64,000 bases of DNA from Candidatus Pacearchaeota archaeon (GCA_050303855.1 JBNLCO010000008.1:1236-65235), one strand, 5' to 3'. Shown: positions 17,475-26,882, numbered from the stretch's first letter. Program-made: numbers and translations. The notes: generated by a model from the sequence alone, not told the origin.

Positions 17475-17876
17475 TTAAGATTCTATCTTCTTTTTTACTT
17501 CATCAAATAAAGGGTTGAAGCAATCTTTTGCTATTGATATTATATCTTTTACTTCTTCCTCTTTTGGGGAGTATCCGTAATAATTTATGTTGTGTCTTAG
17601 AGGTCTTAGATTTCTTATTATGCCAGTAGGTCTTGAAGTTTTAACATTTAATTTTAGAAGTTCATTTATAGGTTCCATGTGATCTTGGGATTCTACCCCT
17701 TTTAGGACAAGAAGTGCATCTCCAAGCATTCTAAAGCTTTCATAAATATTTTTTATAATTGTTGATCCAGACATTCTATTTATCGGTAGAGATAAAGCAA
17801 ATTCTACTTCTCTTTTTGCAGAATTTATTATACTAAGTGCATCTTTCTTATCAGGTCTTTTGTATCTTCTTATCAT
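17475..17876 (-). CDS. HEPN-domain protein (toxin component of HEPN/MNT pair)
   Basis: 133 aa; C-terminal 'RNLRPLRHNINYYG' fits the HEPN Rx4-6H motif; overlaps the upstream MNT gene by 4 nt. Confidence 0.6.
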   Translation of the reverse strand: MIRRYKRPDKKDALSIINSAKREVEFALSLPINRMSGSTIIKNIYESFRMLGDALLVLKGVESQDHMEPINELLKLNVKTSRPTGIIRNLRPLRHNINYYGYSPKEEEVKDIISIAKDCFNPLFDEVKKKIES

Positions 17877-18460
17877 GGGTGAACCTCTAGGAAACCTTCT
17901 ATTACTATCCCGTTTGCAATATTTGAAAAAAGATTCAAGTCAACTTTGTTTCGTGAAAAAATATGTAAATTTAGAGGTACATTCTTTCTATACCCAAATT
18001 GGGGGATGTTTCCAAGATTAATGATTTTTACGTCATCATTTCCAACCACCTCTATTGCCAAATCCAAATCACTTTTATCTGTATCATCTCCTTTCCTATA
18101 GCTTCCGAATAAAGTTATTGATTTGGGGTTTCCTATTTCTTTGTAGATATCATTTATTATTTGAGACTCATAGAGAGCACTATTTATGATTGATAAATTA
18201 TAACCAATCTTTCTGGTTGTATTGTAAGGATGTTCTTGATTACATGAAATCCTCCAAGTTCTTCCTATTTCTTCCTTAATTAAGAATCCCTCTTTTACAA
18301 ACTGATTAACAACCAATGTTGCTGTTTTCTTTGATATTTTGAGCTCTTTTGCCAAATCACTTAGACTTATTGGGATTGTAGGATATGAAAAGAACCAGAT
18401 CATTACTTTTAGATAGGATTCATTTTGTTCCAAGACTTCTACCTTTTCTAGTTTTTTCAT
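17873..18460 (-). CDS. MNT-type nucleotidyltransferase with N-terminal winged HTH (antitoxin component)
   Basis: 'ITLFGSYRKGDDTDKSDLDLAIEV' is the GSx9-13DxD minimal NTase motif; N-terminal wHTH 'LSDLAKELKISKKTATLVVNQFVKEGFL'. Confidence 0.7.
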   Translation of the reverse strand: MKKLEKVEVLEQNESYLKVMIWFFSYPTIPISLSDLAKELKISKKTATLVVNQFVKEGFLIKEEIGRTWRISCNQEHPYNTTRKIGYNLSIINSALYESQIINDIYKEIGNPKSITLFGSYRKGDDTDKSDLDLAIEVVGNDDVKIINLGNIPQFGYRKNVPLNLHIFSRNKVDLNLFSNIANGIVIEGFLEVHP

Positions 18461-18497
18461 TGATCTAATAGCGATAAAAACTATATAAATCTTTTTG

Positions 18498-18551
18498 TTA
18501 CCATATGGTTTTATAATTACTCATATGGTAATGGAAGTTACCATAGATAAC
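18498..18551. promoter_or_regulatory. operator-like repeats (GTTACCATATGG / CATATGGTAA / GTTACCATAGATAAC) upstream of the MNT-HEPN operon
   Basis: Three copies or inversions of the TTACCATA motif within 55 nt, immediately 5' of the wHTH-MNT start codon (18460, minus strand). Confidence 0.3.
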
Positions 18552-18582
18552 CTTTAAATAAGACTTATCTCGTGATTTTTAT

Positions 18583-18765
18583 ATGATAGCGTTAGAAAAT
18601 GTAGGAAGTATTTCACCAATATTTCTTACTGTATTTTTGATAGGATATTTGATTATAGCTGAGCTTGGGAGTGAGAAAGTTAAGAGAAGTTTGATTCCGC
18701 TTTTGGTTGTTTTGATAGCGGTGTTTTTGATTGTAGCAGTTAAAGATGTGATATCTAAGTTGTAA
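18583..18765 (+). CDS. small membrane protein
   Basis: 60 aa, two hydrophobic segments; immediately precedes and is co-oriented with the CPBP protease gene. Confidence 0.3.
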   Translation: MIALENVGSISPIFLTVFLIGYLIIAELGSEKVKRSLIPLLVVLIAVFLIVAVKDVISKL

Positions 18766-18766
18766 A

Positions 18767-19441
18767 ATGAAGAAATATTTGTTATGGATTTTGAGTTTGG
18801 GGTTGATCTTATCTGAGATTATATTAAAATTGAAGCCGGAGTTCGGTTTTATTGTTTATAGTGTTCTTATTGGAGGGTGTTTGATTGCTTTAGCTGAACA
18901 TGAGAAATTAGATGATTATGGTAAATTGATAATAATCTTTATGATCTTGCCAATTGTGAGAGTATCCGAGTTATTTATTGGATTTAACTTCTTTGTAAGA
19001 TCTTTTGTAGTGTATTACATTTTAGGATTTTTGGTAGTTTTCTATGGTTTAAAGTTTAAGATAGATCCGGGATATAGTAAGAAGTATTTATGGTATATTC
19101 CATTAGTTGTTATTTTGGGAGGGATTTTAGGAATATTGGGCAATGTTTTTGATTTCACCCACTATTCGGGTTGGTTATTCTTATTACCAATAATAGCCTT
19201 TTCTGAAGAAGTACTATTTAGGGGATTGATTCAGAATTTGATAAATAAGGAATATGGGGTGGTTTATGCTATAATAATTAGTTCAATAATTTATTGTGTT
19301 TTTAGTTTGTATAGCTTCCCTATGCTATTTGTAGTCTTTGCATTTTCTTTGGTCAGTGGTATAATTTATTATTTTAGTAAAAACATCTATTTATCGATGA
19401 TATTTAATTTAGTTTTCCACTTGTTTATATTGGTTTTTTAA
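18767..19441 (+). CDS. CPBP-family (CAAX/Abi) intramembrane metalloprotease
   Basis: Multi-TM protein with 'AFSEEVLFRGLIQNL' (EExxxR motif 1) and downstream His-containing helices. Confidence 0.7.
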   Translation: MKKYLLWILSLGLILSEIILKLKPEFGFIVYSVLIGGCLIALAEHEKLDDYGKLIIIFMILPIVRVSELFIGFNFFVRSFVVYYILGFLVVFYGLKFKIDPGYSKKYLWYIPLVVILGGILGILGNVFDFTHYSGWLFLLPIIAFSEEVLFRGLIQNLINKEYGVVYAIIISSIIYCVFSLYSFPMLFVVFAFSLVSGIIYYFSKNIYLSMIFNLVFHLFILVF

Positions 19442-19501
19442 GAAAATATATGTATTCTAGAGTATAGAAACCTTTTTAAGGAAAAACAGTGTAATTCTAG
19501 C

Positions 19502-19963
19502 ATGAAGAAGATACTAGGTATATTTTTATTGGGGGTTATGTTGTTTTCTCTAGTTGCTGTTAGTGCTGCTCCTGGGAATTTTGATGATACTAAGACTATA
19601 ATTGCTGGTAAGATTTACAATTCAGATTATACAGCTACAATTGCTGGAGCTAATGTTACTGTTACATGTGAGGATTCTGATTTTTACGGAGTTAATGTTG
19701 AAAACACAGTTAGTTTAAGTGATGGTGCTTATTCAGTTGTATTCTATCAAGAGTATTGTAATTATGGAGATACTTTAACTGTATCTGCTACATATGGAGA
19801 TCTGTATGGAAGTCAGTCAGGAGTTATCCATGATAATGCTTTACCAGGTGATTGGGATTTAGCTGTTGTTAATGTTCCATTAGTTCCAGAATTCGGATTG
19901 ATTGCTGGATTAACAACAATCTTGGGTGCTTTAGGTATTTTCTTCTTTGTTAGAAAGAAGTAA
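19502..19963 (+). CDS. secreted surface protein with PEF-CTERM archaeosortase sorting signal
   Basis: Signal peptide 'MKKILGIFLLGVMLFSLVAVSA'; C-terminus 'VPLVPEFGLIAGLTTILGALGIFFFVRKK' (PEF tripeptide, then TM helix, then basic tail). Confidence 0.6.
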   Translation: MKKILGIFLLGVMLFSLVAVSAAPGNFDDTKTIIAGKIYNSDYTATIAGANVTVTCEDSDFYGVNVENTVSLSDGAYSVVFYQEYCNYGDTLTVSATYGDLYGSQSGVIHDNALPGDWDLAVVNVPLVPEFGLIAGLTTILGALGIFFFVRKK

Positions 19964-20078
19964 TTTTTTATTTTTAATGATTATTTTTTAGAAATAGTTT
20001 TTAGATGACCACATTTTTATGATTTTGTAGACACCCCTATGGAAAGATTTAAAAATCATTGGTTCATAGATAAACCAC

Positions 20079-20633
20079 ATGGACCAAATAGAGAACAATG
20101 TTGAATTAGAAATAATCTTGGTTTTAATTAGAGGGAAGTCTCACTTAAGAGAGATTTCAAGGGCAATTAATAAGCCCCACTCTACCGTATTAAGAAAAAT
20201 TAATGAACTTATAGAGAGAAATGTTCTAGATTATAAAATTGAAGGTAAAAACAAAGTCTTTTTCATAAAGAAAAATTTGCAATCAAGAAATTACGTTTAT
20301 TTATCTGAAATCCATAAACTAAATAAATTGATTAAAAAGTATTCAGAGTTATCAATCATTATTGAGGACATATTAAGAGATTCTCCAGAAAAACTTGTAA
20401 TTTTATTTGGAAGTTATGCTAAAGATAATCCTAAGGAGAGAAGTGATATTGATATATATATTGATACAGAAGACAAAAAAATCAAGAATAAAATAGAAGG
20501 GTTAAATTCAAAGTTGAGCCTAAAAATTGGAAGATTTGACAAAAATTCTTTATTAATAAAAGAAATTATAAAAAATCATGTCATCTTAAGAGGATGGGAG
20601 GAGTTTTATGAAAGAATTGGATTTTTTAAATAA
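20079..20633 (+). CDS. MNT-type nucleotidyltransferase with N-terminal wHTH
   Basis: 'ILFGSYAKDNPKERSDIDIYIDT' NTase motif; N-terminal HTH 'LREISRAINKPHSTVLRKINELIERNVL'; paralog of 17873..18460. Confidence 0.7.
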   Translation: MDQIENNVELEIILVLIRGKSHLREISRAINKPHSTVLRKINELIERNVLDYKIEGKNKVFFIKKNLQSRNYVYLSEIHKLNKLIKKYSELSIIIEDILRDSPEKLVILFGSYAKDNPKERSDIDIYIDTEDKKIKNKIEGLNSKLSLKIGRFDKNSLLIKEIIKNHVILRGWEEFYERIGFFK

Positions 20634-20838
20634 ACTTAAGAAGAAGAATATAATTGAACTTGTTGAACCGTCCGAAGAAATGAAGAGATCTTATTTAATA
20701 AAGTCTGAGAATTGTCTTAAATCTGCAAAGATTTTGTTTAAGAATGATCTTTACGAAAATTCTACTTCAGAAGCATATTATTGCATGTACAATACACACT
20801 TAATATATGAACCAAATTTCATCATAAACAAGCTTTAA
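20608..20838 (+). pseudogene. truncated HEPN-like ORF (lacks Rx4-6H motif)
   Basis: 76 aa; N-terminal region 'KSENCLKSAKILFKNDLYENSTSEAYYCMYNT' resembles the start of a HEPN domain, but the ORF ends before the catalytic motif. Confidence 0.4.
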
Positions 20839-20864
20839 AAACAGTTTTTCTTTATAGGTTCTGT

Positions 20865-21266
20865 ATGGGCGGATTATTAACTCACTTAAGTGTTGCTACA
20901 TTTGGTTTACTTGTAGGAATATTTGCATTTAAGAATTATAGATATGGTTTAGCTTTCTTTATCGGACATTTGACTCCAGATTTAATTGACTTTGGAATTA
21001 CAGGATTATTCCATTGGGAATTTAACCCTGCAAAGATTATGACTTATTCTTGGTTTGCTCCATTAGCAAAGTTAGGGCATACTTGGTGGCATTGGTTAGT
21101 ATTTGCCTTGGTGTTTTTGATAGTCTTGTTTATATTACATAAATTTAAGAAAATATCAGATAAAAGATTTAAACTTGTATTCATATTGTTTATATTATTC
21201 TTAGTTGCAGTTGGAATACATCTTGGAATTGATCATTTGATAATGGAAAAGAGCTATTGGATATGA
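20865..21266 (+). CDS. polytopic membrane protein (possible DUF457-like metal-dependent hydrolase)
   Basis: 133 aa, 3-4 TM helices, several His ('GHLTPD','GHTWWHW','GIDHLIME'); overlaps the archaeosortase gene start by 10 nt. Confidence 0.4.
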   Translation: MGGLLTHLSVATFGLLVGIFAFKNYRYGLAFFIGHLTPDLIDFGITGLFHWEFNPAKIMTYSWFAPLAKLGHTWWHWLVFALVFLIVLFILHKFKKISDKRFKLVFILFILFLVAVGIHLGIDHLIMEKSYWI

Positions 21267-22165
21267 TAAATAAAGGATTCAAACAGTTCTTAGTAAAAAC
21301 GGTGATCTTTGTAGCATTATTCATAATATTTTCTATAATAATTGGTAGTCAATTATATCAGTATGGATTATTGGAAGATTGGAGAATAGAAATTTATGGA
21401 AGAATTGGATATATTCTTTTATTTTCAATAGTTGGATTTGTTTTATTGTATAGGCAGAGATTGCTTAGAATGGATCATTTTAAGATAAAAGGTAGAGATA
21501 AATTATTTAGCTTGGTTTCTTTAGTTTTGTTAATTCTTTTTTATTTATTTGAAAGGAATGCATATAAATTTGAAATTGGATTTTTTAGCGTATTATTAGT
21601 TCATTTGATTGGAATTGGGATATTTGTATTCTTAGCTTTGGGAGTTTATGGTGTAGACTTTATTAGAAGTTTCATTAAGAGGTTTAGGAAAGAGATAATT
21701 TACTTTTTGATATTTGGAGTTATTGTTTATAGCTTTATGAATTTAGTATTTGGATTGTGGAGACATCTTAGTTATTTAGTTTTGAATATAGTTCATTTCT
21801 TGTTAGGTTTTGGTAATACCCAGGTTGTTGCTCCGGACATATTAGTCTTTGAAGGGTTTGCGGTTAAAGTTGCGGAAGCTTGTTCTGGAATATATTCCAT
21901 ATTTATTTTTACAGCTCTTTACATATTTGGAGTACTTGTGGATTGGAAGAAGTTAAATCATAAGAAGGCTGTGTTGATGTTTGTTCCTGCTGTTGTTGGA
22001 GCTTTCTTAGTTAATGTATTGAGAGTATTTTTAATGATGATAATTGGAGGGTATTTATCTAAGAGTATAGCTTTAGGATTATACCATAGCTATACTGGAA
22101 TGATATTTTTCTTAGTATACTTTTTTATATTCTGGAAATCGAGTTACGGGTGGATGAGAAGATGA
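21257..22165 (+). CDS. archaeosortase/exosortase-family transpeptidase
   Basis: 8-TM-like protein with 'VKVAEACSGIYSIFIF' (catalytic Cys) and 'LVNVLRVFLMM' (conserved Arg), the hallmark pair of the exosortase/archaeosortase family. Confidence 0.65.
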   Translation: MDMINKGFKQFLVKTVIFVALFIIFSIIIGSQLYQYGLLEDWRIEIYGRIGYILLFSIVGFVLLYRQRLLRMDHFKIKGRDKLFSLVSLVLLILFYLFERNAYKFEIGFFSVLLVHLIGIGIFVFLALGVYGVDFIRSFIKRFRKEIIYFLIFGVIVYSFMNLVFGLWRHLSYLVLNIVHFLLGFGNTQVVAPDILVFEGFAVKVAEACSGIYSIFIFTALYIFGVLVDWKKLNHKKAVLMFVPAVVGAFLVNVLRVFLMMIIGGYLSKSIALGLYHSYTGMIFFLVYFFIFWKSSYGWMRR

Positions 22166-23403
22166 AGGAAAAAGGTTTGAAGAAAATAATGAAAGATTCA
22201 TTATATAGCAATTCAATCTATTTGATGTTGAGTTCGGCTGTAATGGCTGCCTTTGGATTTGTTTCGTGGTTGATTATTGCTAGATTATTTAGTGTTCATG
22301 ATGTAGGATTAGCTACAACCCTTATTTCTGCTATGGGCCTTTTAGTTTCAATTTCAATGTTAGGATTTAATGTTGGACTGATAAGATTTTTACCTGGATC
22401 TAAGAATAAGAACGATAAGATCAATACTGCATTTACAATAGTGTTTTTAGCAACAATAGTTGTTAGTTCGATATTCTTGGTTGGTCTTAAGTTTTTCTCA
22501 CCTGATTTAATTTTTATTAAGAATAGCTTGTTGTTGAGTTTGATATTTATTGTTTTTATTTTGATTTCTGCGTCAAACAGTCTTTTTGAGAGCATATTTA
22601 TTGCGTTTAGAAGTGCCAAATTTAATTTGCTGAAAAATAGTATATTTAGTGTTCTTAGAGTTATTTTGCCATTTGCATTCATTAGCTTTGGAGCCTTTGG
22701 AGCATTTAGTGCTTATATGAGTGCTATGTTGGTTGCAGTTGGGATTGCTTTACTTATCTTAGTCAGTAAGTTCAAGTATAAACCCAAATTGGTTTTCTAT
22801 GATAATATAATAAAAGATATGGGAAGATATTCTTTAGGAAATTATTTTGCTGGATTTGTTGGAGGTTTGGTTATAATGGTTTTACCGCTTATGATTACTG
22901 CAAAGATAAGTCCTACAATAACTGCTTATTTCTTTATGGCATTGCAGATTGCTAATTTACTTTATGTGATACCAAATGCAACAACTAATTCGTTATTTGC
23001 TGAAGGAAGTTATGACGAACATGGTTTAGGAAAACAAGTTAAGAAGGCTATTAAGATAATTTCAATAATTTTGATCCCTTCAATAATTGTTATAGGGTTG
23101 TTTGGCAATTACGTATTGTTGGCGTTTGGTAGCGAGTATTCTAACCAAGGGTTTATGTTCTTAAGAATAATGGCTTTATCTGCAATCTTTGTTGGAATTA
23201 ATTCAATTTATGGTGGAATCTTGAAGGTTAAGAAGAAGATTGGCAGAATTTTAATTGTTAATGTTATTGGAGCGATAGTAATTATTGGTGGAAGTTTCTT
23301 AATGATAGAGCAAGGCAAAGGGTTAATGGGTGTTGGTATTGCTTACATATTAGGGCAGGCAGTAATGGGGTTAAGTTACTGGATAACGAGTTTTAATAAG
23401 TAA
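22150..23403 (+). CDS. MOP-superfamily polysaccharide flippase (Wzx-like)
   Basis: 417 aa, ~12 TM helices; N-terminal region typical of Polysacc_synt family transporters. Confidence 0.55.
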   Translation: MDEKMKEKGLKKIMKDSLYSNSIYLMLSSAVMAAFGFVSWLIIARLFSVHDVGLATTLISAMGLLVSISMLGFNVGLIRFLPGSKNKNDKINTAFTIVFLATIVVSSIFLVGLKFFSPDLIFIKNSLLLSLIFIVFILISASNSLFESIFIAFRSAKFNLLKNSIFSVLRVILPFAFISFGAFGAFSAYMSAMLVAVGIALLILVSKFKYKPKLVFYDNIIKDMGRYSLGNYFAGFVGGLVIMVLPLMITAKISPTITAYFFMALQIANLLYVIPNATTNSLFAEGSYDEHGLGKQVKKAIKIISIILIPSIIVIGLFGNYVLLAFGSEYSNQGFMFLRIMALSAIFVGINSIYGGILKVKKKIGRILIVNVIGAIVIIGGSFLMIEQGKGLMGVGIAYILGQAVMGLSYWITSFNK

Positions 23404-23465
23404 TTTTTACAAAGATACTATATTTTTGTATCAATTAGAGTATAAATTTTTATAATAAATCCAAG

Positions 23466-24461
23466 TTACAAAAATAAATTCCAATAAGAAGTTACGCTTT
23501 CATCAGAAAGATAGCTAATTAATTTTTTATATCTTAAATCTGTTTTAGGAATGTCGATTTTATCCGCACTTCCAAGGGCATCTAAATAATCGCTTCTATT
23601 TTTTTTATAAATTACTGAAGGAGGATACTCTGCTTTCATTAAAATATAATTCATTAACATTCTACCCGTTCTTCCATTTCCATCATAAAATGGATGAATT
23701 TTTTCAAATTTATGGTGAAACATACAAGCTAAAACAAAGGGGTGCAATTTTGATTTGTTTTGATTATACCATTTTAATAAGAGTTCCATGTCCGCTTTAA
23801 CATAAATTCCTGGACTTGCGTCAAAATGAGATTTGAAAACTCGGATATCTTTTGTTCTATAGCCTTTTCTATTGTCAATATCTTTCAATAATTTTTTATG
23901 AATTTCTTCAATTAATTTATGGTCAATTAATTTTCTTTTATCCATTAACCAAAACAAAACATCCCTTGTATTTTTCAAATCGTAAATTTCTCTAAGCTCC
24001 CTATTTGCGGGAGTTCGACCCTCTTCAAAAAATTTCTTAGCTTCATTAAGGGTAATTGTATTTCCCTCTAAAGAAGTTGTGTTGTAAGCGAACTCGATAG
24101 AAAAATTTTCTAAAATTTCTTTTTGTGTTGTTGGATCTAATTTCTTGAATTCCTTAGAATAATGCAATTTGCAAGCTTCAATATCTATTAATTTATTTCC
24201 AAGATAATCATCTTTTTTTAATTTTAATTCTTTAATCTTATTTGCATAATATTCATTTTCCAATAAAAGATTAATTCTTCTATAACTCTTTCTTATTTCT
24301 TGTTTTTCTTTTGCTATTGCTGGAAATCTTTTTCTTGCTTCATCAATAGAGTTTCCCAAATAAGCCAAATCCTTCTCAATTTTCTTTAACCCTTTCTTCT
24401 TTGAAATTCTGAGATAATAATAGGTTTTGTTTCCCCGGGTCTTTTTGTAAATGTATACCAT
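23466..24461 (-). CDS. fic: Fic/Doc-family AMPylator, class II (internal inhibitory helix), with novel N-terminal domain
   Basis: Fic motif 'HPFYDGNGRTGRMLMNYIL' (HxFx[DE]GNGRxxR); inhibitory motif 'TTSLEGN' ([ST]xxxE[GN]) upstream; N-terminal 'MVYIYKKTRGNKTYYYLRISKKKGLKKIEKDLAYLG'. Confidence 0.8.
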   Translation of the reverse strand: MVYIYKKTRGNKTYYYLRISKKKGLKKIEKDLAYLGNSIDEARKRFPAIAKEKQEIRKSYRRINLLLENEYYANKIKELKLKKDDYLGNKLIDIEACKLHYSKEFKKLDPTTQKEILENFSIEFAYNTTSLEGNTITLNEAKKFFEEGRTPANRELREIYDLKNTRDVLFWLMDKRKLIDHKLIEEIHKKLLKDIDNRKGYRTKDIRVFKSHFDASPGIYVKADMELLLKWYNQNKSKLHPFVLACMFHHKFEKIHPFYDGNGRTGRMLMNYILMKAEYPPSVIYKKNRSDYLDALGSADKIDIPKTDLRYKKLISYLSDESVTSYWNLFL

Positions 24462-24492
24462 GTTTTAATTTAGTTTTTTAGACTTTTTAAAT

Positions 24493-24582
24493 GTACCCTG
24501 GAAATTTGATTGACCTGAATTATCCAGGGTACACCAAATATTTAAGTATTTTGGATGCTAATTTTAGCTAGCTAAAATTAGC
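24493..24582. promoter_or_regulatory. two perfect palindromes in the divergent fic promoter region
   Basis: GTACCCTGGA-N20-TCCAGGGTAC (24493..24532) and the 26-nt perfect palindrome GCTAATTTTAGCTAGCTAAAATTAGC (24557..24582). Confidence 0.3.
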
Positions 24583-24718
24583 TTCTTTAAATTGAATTAT
24601 ATCTTAAATTATCTAAGGTTCAGCCAACTCCTCAGCATTCTATCGATTTTAGTAACATCTGCATTAAGAAGTAAACCAAAACATTTAAAACAATTATTGG
24701 CTATTTTTAATAAAAGGG

Positions 24719-25015
24719 TTGAATATGGATGCAATATTTAGAGAAACAGTTTTTCTCCCAGCGTTGCTTGGAGGTATTGGCGGTTTAACAAGAGGGTTTA
24801 CAGGTTTGTTAAAGGCATTATCTTTGCGTAGAAAGATTTTATGGGGCTATTATTCAATAACAGTTTTGATAGCATTAATTATAGGTGTATTTATAGGATT
24901 GATATTTAATTTTGATTATAGGCTATCTCTTCTTGCAGGATATGCGGGAACGGACATACTTGAAGGAATTTACAAATCATTCAAAGTGGATAAAACATAT
25001 GTGGTTAAAAGATGA
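24719..25015 (+). CDS. small membrane protein
   Basis: 98 aa, three hydrophobic helices; first of three translationally coupled ORFs. Confidence 0.35.
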   Translation: MNMDAIFRETVFLPALLGGIGGLTRGFTGLLKALSLRRKILWGYYSITVLIALIIGVFIGLIFNFDYRLSLLAGYAGTDILEGIYKSFKVDKTYVVKR

Positions 25016-25236
25016 CTCAAGTAACGGTAACTCTTAATGAAGATGAGGAAAAAGCTCTTTTGAAACGAGCAGATAAAAACATGATGACTCTTGAAGATCA
25101 AGTTCAAGACATCATAAGGAGAAGTTGTGTGAATTATGTATCCAAACCAAATAAAAGGAAAATTAAAGTTGATGATAGACTTGTTGGAATATTCTCAAGA
25201 TATAAGACACGTCCAACTAAGAAATCCAAAAAATGA
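25012..25236 (+). CDS. small RHH/CopG-like DNA-binding protein (putative)
   Basis: 74 aa; 'VTVTLNEDEEKALLKRADKNMMTLEDQVQDIIRRS' resembles an RHH beta-strand plus helix; basic C-terminal tail. Confidence 0.3.
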   Translation: MTQVTVTLNEDEEKALLKRADKNMMTLEDQVQDIIRRSCVNYVSKPNKRKIKVDDRLVGIFSRYKTRPTKKSKK

Positions 25237-25511
25237 AAACTAAGAAGATTCTAATTATTGCTATTGTAGTCGTTTTGATTGCTTTAATTGCCTATGCGAC
25301 TTACTTGTTGAAATCTAACCCTGTATCAGATGTGACTCTTTGTCAAGAGTTAGGTTGTTTCTCTGATACTGTTTATGTGGGTTCTACTGGATCTGATAAA
25401 TATTATTCTTGTGATTGTCGGTATGCTAAACAGATAAAGCCTGAGAATATAGCTTGTTTTGCTTCTGATTCTGAGGCATTAGCTAAGAATTATATTAAGG
25501 TGGATTGTTAA
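25233..25511 (+). CDS. membrane-anchored Cys-rich extracytoplasmic protein
   Basis: 92 aa; N-terminal TM helix then six Cys. Confidence 0.35.
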   Translation: MKTKKILIIAIVVVLIALIAYATYLLKSNPVSDVTLCQELGCFSDTVYVGSTGSDKYYSCDCRYAKQIKPENIACFASDSEALAKNYIKVDC

Positions 25512-25843
25512 ATTAAGTTTATTTCGAAGATTTCCCTTTTTAGTTCAGGAAGGTCAAGATCTATTATATTCCATACCCTTTCTAAATCCACTCCAAAATA
25601 AGAATGGCTCAATATATCTCTAAACCCAGCAATATCTCTCCATGGAATCTTGGGATACTTTTTTCTAAAATCTGGGGGAACATTTTTTGAGGCTTCTCCA
25701 ATTATTTCCAAACTTCTCATTATTGCATTTTGTCTTAATTTATCTTTTTCAAATTTCTCAAGATTAAGTCCTTTAGAGAAGGATTCTATATCAAGTATAT
25801 TTGTTTTTATATCATTTATGAATAATCTCACATCTCTTTTCAA
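25508..25843 (-). CDS. hepT: HepT-type HEPN toxin (DUF86)
   Basis: 111 aa; 'RDILSHSYFGVDLERVW' is the Rx4HxY motif of HepT/DUF86; overlaps the MNT gene by 4 nt. Confidence 0.7.
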   Translation of the reverse strand: MKRDVRLFINDIKTNILDIESFSKGLNLEKFEKDKLRQNAIMRSLEIIGEASKNVPPDFRKKYPKIPWRDIAGFRDILSHSYFGVDLERVWNIIDLDLPELKREIFEINLI

Positions 25844-26304
25844 ATTATTCTTACCTCTTCATTTAATATTCTCTCTTTGATTAAGGGTTTTATTGCAGAG
25901 TATTCTACTAAATCAACTTTCTTTTTAAGAGCCTCTTCAAGCATTCTGTTTAAAGCTATAAATCCTAACAAACTCATTTTCTTGTTATTAATATTTACAA
26001 CTATATCAATATCGCTATTTCTTTTTTGTTCACCTCTTGAATAACTCCCAAATATCCCTGCACGATCCACTTTATTCTCTTTTAGAATTCGATAAATTTT
26101 TTCTTTTATTCTTTCTATTTCCTTGTTTCTTTTTTCGGAAACAAGAATTTTATCTGCTTCCACTTCTCTTTTCTTTAATTCTTTCGGAGATAGATTATAT
26201 CCAAGATATTTTCTCTTCTTTGAAACTTTCTTACCTTTCCTAACTGAGATAACTCTATAATTGTATTTTGTTCCATTAATAATTCGCGTTTCTGTATAAA
26301 CCAT
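25840..26304 (-). CDS. mntA: MntA-type nucleotidyltransferase antitoxin with extra N-terminal domain shared with the two Fic proteins
   Basis: 'GIFGSYSRGEQKRNSDIDIVVN' NTase motif; N-terminal 'MVYTETRIINGTKYNYRVISVRKGKKVSKKRKYLG' homologous to the N-termini of both Fic ORFs. Confidence 0.75.
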   Translation of the reverse strand: MVYTETRIINGTKYNYRVISVRKGKKVSKKRKYLGYNLSPKELKKREVEADKILVSEKRNKEIERIKEKIYRILKENKVDRAGIFGSYSRGEQKRNSDIDIVVNINNKKMSLLGFIALNRMLEEALKKKVDLVEYSAIKPLIKERILNEEVRII

Positions 26305-26341
26305 ACAATTTTATGTCTACATTATTTATAAATATTTCTGT

Positions 26342-26824
26342 GTGGACACAAGAAAACTTTATATTATAGTTTTTCTTGCTTTGTTTATGAAAAAAGAGTT
26401 AGTTTTTGTTATAGTATTTTCTTCTACTTTTCTATTACTTATGATTGGATTGTTTATTTTACCTTATACCCTTAATCAACCTGAGAGATTTGTTGATGAT
26501 TACGTAACAAATGTAATTGATGGAGATACATTTCAGTATTATGATTTAGATACTCAGACTTTTGAGATAGTTAGATTGTTGTGTGTGGATACTCCTGAAG
26601 ATTATGAGGAAGGATATTTAGAAGCTAAATATTATTTAGAAGATTTGGTATTAGGGAAGCAAATTGTTTTGGTTCCTTCTAATCTTTCTAATGATCGTGA
26701 TAAGTATGGGAGACAATTAAGGTATGTTTATGTTAAAGATACTTTTGTTAATCAGAAATTAATAGAAGATAATTATGGAGAGTTATTAGTTATCCCTCCT
26801 GAGGATTGTGATTTGGTTTATTGA
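26342..26824 (+). CDS. membrane-anchored thermonuclease (SNase-like)
   Basis: N-terminal TM helix; 'VTNVIDGDTFQYYDLDTQTFEIVRLLCVDTPE' SNase motif; C-terminal 'GRQLRYVYV'. Confidence 0.6.
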   Translation: MDTRKLYIIVFLALFMKKELVFVIVFSSTFLLLMIGLFILPYTLNQPERFVDDYVTNVIDGDTFQYYDLDTQTFEIVRLLCVDTPEDYEEGYLEAKYYLEDLVLGKQIVLVPSNLSNDRDKYGRQLRYVYVKDTFVNQKLIEDNYGELLVIPPEDCDLVY

Positions 26825-26882
26825 GTTCTATTCAGATTGAAGCCATAACAACGTTTTTATATCTGAGATTACTTTAATTGGT

